Positions 47,872-52,899 of a stretch of DNA of 52,899 bases are shown here, piece after piece (position 1 is the first letter of the stretch; each line of letters starts with the position of its first letter). This stretch comes from Thermovirgaceae bacterium (GTDB taxonomy: Bacteria; Synergistota; Synergistia; Synergistales; Thermovirgaceae), in NCBI GenBank assembly GCA_046542505.1, contig JBKHBH010000004.1:1-52899 (forward strand), read 5' to 3'. The notes below the pieces were generated by a model. It had not been told where the DNA came from, searched no databases, and saw nothing but the letters and a program-made list of their open reading frames with translations. A program made the translations under genes and the position numbers.

Positions 47872-48762
47872 TCATCGGTTTCCGTCTTGCAGCAGAAGGG
47901 CACCTTCTTTTAAGAGCTTCTTTTTGTCCAGGTCAGGCCTGATTCCGAAACGTGTGAGGACAAAGTCATAACGCAGGGGGTCTTCGGGGCATATCGTCGA
48001 AAAAGCCCTTGTCACCTCAATAACGACCCTGAAATCGGCGCCTTTCCTTGAAGTCATCCCAAGCGCCCGTGCTATCGAAAACATGTGGGTATCAAGAGGC
48101 ACCAGGAGGTCTGAAGGATCGAGCACAGTCCAGCCTCCTGGATCCACTTCATCGGAACGAACCATCCATTTCAAAAAAAGATGCAGTCTCTTGCACGCGG
48201 AGTTTTTGGAAGGATCCGGAAGAAGGGTCCCGCCGGAAGCGGAAGGGTGTATATCGCTGCGGAGTTCCTTTCTGAAAAACTCCAGGGCCCTCGCCGGTGA
48301 CACTCCGTCCTCTTTCAGCCCCTCGCGCAAACAGTTTTCAAGGGTCCCGTAGAGGGAAAGAGTCCTTCGAATTCCCGACAAAAGACCGGCAATATCTTCT
48401 CCGGAAGTAAAACGATGCCTGAAAGAACGTAACCGTGCCAACAGGTCTTCATCGCTGGAGTTCAATACGAATTTCCTTGGTGAAGGGCCCAGGGCATCCA
48501 AAACCATGCCGGCGCTTTTCATGATCTGCGCCGCCCTTCCATAGGCAAGGGAGGCTGCCACCAAGGCCGCAATCTCCCTTTCCCTCACGTCTTCAAAACC
48601 ATACAGCAACGCCACCGGATCCGGGTGGACATACTCCCTGTGATTGAAACGGGAGTAAAGTTCCTCGAGCCAGCGGGACAGCCTGCCGGATACGATGCCG
48701 GTATCTTTTTTCAGGCCGTCCTTCGTCGGATCGCTGCATTCACCTGCCTCGAGCGGAGTCAT
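47872..48762 (-). CDS. TIGR02757/DUF2400 family protein (HhH-GPD-related)
   Basis: DP, EI.A...A.LAYG, SACKRL.LFL.WMVR...VD.G.W, PLDTH, P.DP..YDF. Confidence 0.85.
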   Translation of the reverse strand: MTPLEAGECSDPTKDGLKKDTGIVSGRLSRWLEELYSRFNHREYVHPDPVALLYGFEDVREREIAALVAASLAYGRAAQIMKSAGMVLDALGPSPRKFVLNSSDEDLLARLRSFRHRFTSGEDIAGLLSGIRRTLSLYGTLENCLREGLKEDGVSPARALEFFRKELRSDIHPSASGGTLLPDPSKNSACKRLHLFLKWMVRSDEVDPGGWTVLDPSDLLVPLDTHMFSIARALGMTSRKGADFRVVIEVTRAFSTICPEDPLRYDFVLTRFGIRPDLDKKKLLKEGALLLQDGNR

Positions 48763-49289
48763 TTCACTTCATTCAGCGTTGACGTCGGGGCGTTCTTCGG
48801 GGACTTCCCTTTCTTGACCTCGTGATAATGGGCATATGTCAGTGGAGCTCCATCCCTGAGTACCTCGGAAGAAACCACCTTGCCGAAAAACATGACATGG
48901 GTGAAGATGTCCGTGTGCTTCACAAGTTCCGCTTCGATAACCGCCAGGGAATGCTCGACGGGAAGCGGGGCACCCGTGAGCCCTTGCCGGTACTCACATT
49001 TCCCGAACTTGTCGATATCCCTGCCACACTTGAATCCGAAGTTTCCTATATACGTCATGGGGGTTTCTTGATCAAGAACGGCCACGCTGAAAACTCCCGA
49101 GTCGAGAATGCACTCGGTGGTCAGATTGTCCTTGTGCAGGCAGGCCACGATACTTATGGGGTCTGCGGTCACCTGCATGACGGCATTAGCCACCTGACCG
49201 TTGAGCTTTTCCCCCTTGCGGGAACAAACCAGGTAGAGACCGTAGGAAATTCTGTACAACGCCTTCTTGTCGATACTGTTTTCGGTCAT
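48759..49289 (-). CDS. Flavin reductase family protein
   Basis: ISYGLY, NGQ.AN...QVT, FGF..GRD.DKF, TH..F.G, LTY..YH..K.G. Confidence 0.88.
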   Translation of the reverse strand: MTENSIDKKALYRISYGLYLVCSRKGEKLNGQVANAVMQVTADPISIVACLHKDNLTTECILDSGVFSVAVLDQETPMTYIGNFGFKCGRDIDKFGKCEYRQGLTGAPLPVEHSLAVIEAELVKHTDIFTHVMFFGKVVSSEVLRDGAPLTYAHYHEVKKGKSPKNAPTSTLNEVK

Positions 49290-49327
49290 CCTTTTCCCTC
49301 CTCCTTCGACACCGCCATCAGATATCA

Positions 49328-49357
49328 GACGGGGCAGGTTATATAACCTGCCCCGTC
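49328..49357. repeat. Perfect 30-bp palindrome between the ferritin and flavin reductase genes
   Basis: GACGGGGCAGGTTAT-ATAACCTGCCCCGTC. Confidence 0.9.
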
Positions 49358-49402
49358 GAAAAAACCTGATTCCGCAAAACGAGGCGCCGGGAAATAAATC
49401 CC

Positions 49403-49900
49403 CTAGTCATCCTCCCGTTTGCCGAGCTCCCTGTCCACCATGAAAATTCCGTTTTTCGACCCGGAGACCATTTTGAGTTTCTGGACGACTTCATCCACAG
49501 AGGCTTCCTCCTCGACCTGCTCCTCGATAAACCACTGCAGAAACACCTGTGAGGCATAATCCTTCTCCGCGGCGGCAAGACCGTAAAGATCGTTGATGCA
49601 GGCCGAAATATGCTGCTCGTGCGCAAGAGAAGCCTCGAACACCTCCAATATGCCGGTCCAGTCCTTTTGTGGTCCCTCGACGGGATGCAACTCGACTTCG
49701 CCGCCTCTTTCGTTGATGTGATTGAAGAACTTCATGGCATGTTCCATCTCTTCTTCCGACTGCTTCCGCATCCATGACGCGGCTCCTGTAAGGTTGCTCT
49801 TTTCGGCCCATGCCGCCATGGAAAGATACAAATAGGCCGAAAAAAGTTCCTCATTGATCTGTTTGTTCATGGCATCCTGCATTTTTTTGCTTATCATCAT
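49403..49900 (-). CDS. ftnA: Non-heme ferritin
   Basis: NKQINEEL.SAYLYLSM, EE..HA.K, HE..I, FLQWFI.EQVEEE. Confidence 0.93.
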   Translation of the reverse strand: MMISKKMQDAMNKQINEELFSAYLYLSMAAWAEKSNLTGAASWMRKQSEEEMEHAMKFFNHINERGGEVELHPVEGPQKDWTGILEVFEASLAHEQHISACINDLYGLAAAEKDYASQVFLQWFIEEQVEEEASVDEVVQKLKMVSGSKNGIFMVDRELGKREDD

Positions 49901-49902
49901 CT

Positions 49903-50277
49903 TCAACTCCTCCACAATCCGTGAACATTGCAATATTCCCGCGCTCCGGAAACCTCGCCGCTCACCCGAAAAAGCGCCTCCGGGGCGTCACCGGGCTCAA
50001 GGAAACGTCTGAGCACCGTACCGTCAACAGTCAGCTCGATCCATTCTATGTGATGCTTCTCTTCCATGGGATGGGGAACGCTGCCGACTTTGACCAGGAT
50101 ACCCTCGTCAGTCTTTTCGATGACCGGAACATGCTTTTCGGTGGCCGAGTCCGCATTCTGTTCTTGCAGCCGCTTCATGGGCTGCCCACAGCAAACCAAC
50201 TCTCCCGCCCCCTCATGGACGAGAACCACGATGTTTCCGCAAATTTCGCATTTGTACACTTCATTCAGATTCGTCAC
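49903..50277 (-). CDS. dfx: Desulfoferrodoxin (2Fe superoxide reductase)
   Basis: YKC..CGN, LVCCG.PM, EKHVP, HPM...H.I.WI, YCN.HGLW; GTG start after GGAGGTG. Confidence 0.95.
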   Translation of the reverse strand: MTNLNEVYKCEICGNIVVLVHEGAGELVCCGQPMKRLQEQNADSATEKHVPVIEKTDEGILVKVGSVPHPMEEKHHIEWIELTVDGTVLRRFLEPGDAPEALFRVSGEVSGAREYCNVHGLWRS

Positions 50278-50337
50278 AACCCACACCTCCGGGGATTCTG
50301 TCCAGTTTCACCGTCATACTTCTCAACTCTTGATCCT

Positions 50338-50364
50338 ATTATAGCAATAGCGAAGCGGTGTCAA
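50338..50364 (-). promoter_or_regulatory. Putative promoter of dfx-ferritin
   Basis: TTGACA-N15-TATAAT with TG extended -10. Confidence 0.55.
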
Positions 50365-50436
50365 CACGGCGAAGCCAATTTGAAATCGTTTTTCTTTACT
50401 GTATATTTCTACCTGACTCCGCGATGAATGTCAAAT

Positions 50437-50471
50437 AAAAGAGCGCCGGGAGCTGGATCCCGGCGCTCTTT
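50437..50471 (-). terminator. Intrinsic terminator of the NCS2 permease gene
   Basis: AAAGAGCGCCGGGA...TCCCGGCGCTCTTT inverted repeat, T-rich tail on the minus strand. Confidence 0.8.
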
Positions 50472-50487
50472 CCGGTTCACCCGCGGA

Positions 50488-51864
50488 TTATTTCGCAGGC
50501 CTTTTGATGCCCCGCTCCTCTGGTGTTCCCGGAACGATGCTGTCCCAGAAAGCCGCGCAGATACCGGCCACCGCCATGGGTGTGGTCAAGATAGCCCACA
50601 GGACCTGGCCCGGAACGCCCCAGGCAAAAAAGGCTTCCTGCTGTCCCTCAACCCAGCCGGGAAGGCCCAGAGCCATGAGAAAGGCAAATCCCACGATCAG
50701 GATATTCCTCTGGCTTCCCATGTCGGCCCGCATCAGGACCTGGATCCCAAGGGCGCCGATGATGCCGAAAAGGGCGATGTACGCACCACCTATGACAGGT
50801 GATGGTATCGTTGCGATAAGGGCTCCGAGCTTCCCGATCATGCTCATGAGGATCAAAATCACCGCACCGGTCCTGACGACCCACCTGGAGGCAACACCGG
50901 TCAATCCTATCAAGCCTATGTTTTCCGTATAGGAGGTGGTTCCAATGGCGCCGAAAAGACCGGTAAGAGCACAGTTGAGACCTTCAGCCCCAATGCCTCG
51001 GCTGATGGTTCCTTCATCGGGATCATCGAGCCCCGCTGCATAGGATACGGAATGATAATCTCCTATTGACTCGATCATGACGGCAAAAAACCCGGCGATG
51101 ATCGCGCCGAATGCCAGGAAACTGAATTTCGGTGGGCCCCAGGGCATGAAGATCCTGAAGCGGAACCACGGAGCCGCAGCGACCTCGGTCAGGTCCACGA
51201 ATGCGGCATGGTCTGTTCCGAAAAGGCCCACGAGGCTGCCGAAAAGGCACACCAGGTACGCGATAATAATGGAAGAAAGAATGGAAAAGATGTTTATGTA
51301 CTTGCTCCTGCTGATGAGGCTGAAGAAAAAAACCAGAAAAACAACGAGAAGCGACACGGGCCAGTATTTCGCCGCATTCCCTCCAATGGCCACCGGTGCA
51401 AGAGTAAACCCTATAGCCATGATGGTCGGACCGATGACCACGGGGGTTATGACCTTCCTGATAATACCCACCAGCCGGCTGTAGCCGATTGCCGAAAGCA
51501 CGAGACCACCGGCGATGAGCGAGCCTCCGATGTATTGCATGACGGCTGCCGGTCCCAGTCCCTTGTAGGCGCCGATTATGGTCATGATCGGCGGGATGAA
51601 ACTGAAGCTTGAGCCCTGGACGATGGGCAGCCCTGAGCCAAGTTTCGGGTGTGTCTGGATCAGGGTAGCCACACCCATAGCAAAATAGACACAGGATATG
51701 AAAAAGCCAATCTCTGAAGACGTCATCCCCATGGCCGGGCCGAAAATCAGGGGGACAAGGGTCGTCGCACCAAAGAGGGTCAAAACATGCTGAAACCCTG
51801 CAAGGATCATTATCAGCGTCGGTGGACGATCATTCAGCCCATATACGATATTTCTTTTCGTCAT
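50488..51864 (-). CDS. NCS2 family xanthine/uracil permease
   Basis: QH.L..FG, G..LP.VQG.SF, ESIGDY, TSY.EN.G....T.VASR. Confidence 0.93.
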   Translation of the reverse strand: MTKRNIVYGLNDRPPTLIMILAGFQHVLTLFGATTLVPLIFGPAMGMTSSEIGFFISCVYFAMGVATLIQTHPKLGSGLPIVQGSSFSFIPPIMTIIGAYKGLGPAAVMQYIGGSLIAGGLVLSAIGYSRLVGIIRKVITPVVIGPTIMAIGFTLAPVAIGGNAAKYWPVSLLVVFLVFFFSLISRSKYINIFSILSSIIIAYLVCLFGSLVGLFGTDHAAFVDLTEVAAAPWFRFRIFMPWGPPKFSFLAFGAIIAGFFAVMIESIGDYHSVSYAAGLDDPDEGTISRGIGAEGLNCALTGLFGAIGTTSYTENIGLIGLTGVASRWVVRTGAVILILMSMIGKLGALIATIPSPVIGGAYIALFGIIGALGIQVLMRADMGSQRNILIVGFAFLMALGLPGWVEGQQEAFFAWGVPGQVLWAILTTPMAVAGICAAFWDSIVPGTPEERGIKRPAK

Positions 51865-52001
51865 CTTTGCGGCACCTCCCCAATATACCGTCTTTTTGTC
51901 TTCCTGACGGCCGCCGACATTCTATCATGGAATGTAACCGGTTGCATAGCTTTCCCGGTCCCTCATCAGGGCTCATGATATAGTACAGGAGGAGTTCAAA
52001 A

Positions 52002-52805
52002 TTGGAGGGATCATTCTTGTCCGACAGGAATATTATTGAAAGGCAGGTGCAAAAATGCGCCTCGTTGCTTGAAAATTCAAAACGCGTCGTTCTTTTGAGC
52101 GGAGCCGGTATGTCAACCAGCGCCGGTCTCCCCGATTTCAGGGGTCCCCAGGGCATCTACAGGCAAAAACTTCACACGAACCCGGAACGGATTTTCGACA
52201 TCGATGCCTTTTACGAAGATCCCCGCTTTTTCTATAACTTTCACAGGGAATTCCTCCGTTCCGCGAAAACAATCGTGCCTACATTCGCTCACAAGTTTTT
52301 CGCGGCCCTTGAAAGGGAAGAAATTCTTGGCGGGATCATCACTCAGAACATTGACGCCCTGCACCAGAGGGCGGGATCACGGAAGGTCTACGAAATTCAC
52401 GGTGGTATCTGGAAGAGTTTCTGTACGGAATGCGGCAAGACGTGGGGGTACGAAGAAAGCCTGGAGCTCGCCTTCGAGCATGACGTCCCTCACTGTGAGA
52501 GTTGCGGCGGTGTCATTAAGCCGGACATTGTTTTCTTCGGCGAGATGGTCAAACATCTCAATGATTGTCGGACCCTCGCGGAGTCGGCCGATCTCTTTTT
52601 CGTTGTCGGGTCCTCCCTCGTCGTAACGCCGGCGGCCCTTCTGCCGTCAATGACACGGGGCGACGTGATCATCGTCAACAAGGGCGACATTTCCAGGACC
52701 TATCTGCCCCAGGAAAGGGTCGTTCTCCATGCCGAGGAGGATATCGACACCTTTTTCAGGGCCGTCAACGAAATCCTTGAACTCGACGTTCCCGAAGAAG
52801 AATAA
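52002..52805 (+). CDS. cobB: NAD-dependent protein deacylase (sirtuin)
   Basis: GAG.STSAG.PDFRG, TQNID.LH, HG, C..C...C..C, KPDIVFFGE, GSSL.V.PAA; alternative TTG start at 52017. Confidence 0.92.
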   Translation: MEGSFLSDRNIIERQVQKCASLLENSKRVVLLSGAGMSTSAGLPDFRGPQGIYRQKLHTNPERIFDIDAFYEDPRFFYNFHREFLRSAKTIVPTFAHKFFAALEREEILGGIITQNIDALHQRAGSRKVYEIHGGIWKSFCTECGKTWGYEESLELAFEHDVPHCESCGGVIKPDIVFFGEMVKHLNDCRTLAESADLFFVVGSSLVVTPAALLPSMTRGDVIIVNKGDISRTYLPQERVVLHAEEDIDTFFRAVNEILELDVPEEE

Positions 52806-52848
52806 AACCCTTTTCCGCCTTTTGAACGAAACATCCCGCACCCATGAG

Positions 52849-52881
52849 CGAAAGCCCCGGGGAGTTTCCCCGGGGCTTTCG
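52849..52881 (+). terminator. Probable intrinsic terminator after the sirtuin gene
   Basis: CGAAAGCCCCGGGGA-GTT-TCCCCGGGGCTTTCG followed by T-rich sequence. Confidence 0.75.
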
Positions 52882-52899
52882 TTGTTTGCAGTTTATTGT

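Noticed and set aside
1..52899. CRISPR arrays, IS/transposases, integrases, prophage genes, tRNA/rRNA
   Set aside because: None seen by eye: no spaced direct repeats, and almost all sequence is accounted for by recognisable housekeeping genes.

Overview
Core-genome window with no mobile element, CRISPR array, rRNA or tRNA. It comes from a diderm anaerobe: TolC and a lipid A-type acyltransferase indicate an outer membrane, and desulfoferrodoxin indicates anaerobiosis. Synergistota is my unverified impression. Gene content: a divergent his cluster (hisC / hisZGBHAF-IE plus a HAD phosphatase, no hisD in the window), separated citX and citC, asnS, gdhA, a serine-biosynthesis run (class V aminotransferase-serA-histidine phosphatase-apgM), mnmE, tyrS, a TolC-MFP-RND efflux operon, a two-component system, an mntP-dCMP deaminase-AAA/TPR-HD run, an oxidative-stress cluster, an NCS2 permease and a sirtuin. 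Two signals the ORF track does not show stand out. (1) A 103-codon minus-strand gene (17261-17572) has an in-frame UGA followed by a SECIS-like hairpin, i.e. a probable HesB-like/CC-Se selenoprotein with its own promoter, RBS and terminator. (2) A ~200-nt structured leader with mutually exclusive terminator/antiterminator pairings lies upstream of the serine operon, and I cannot assign it to a known riboswitch class. All calls were made by eye; no searches were run.
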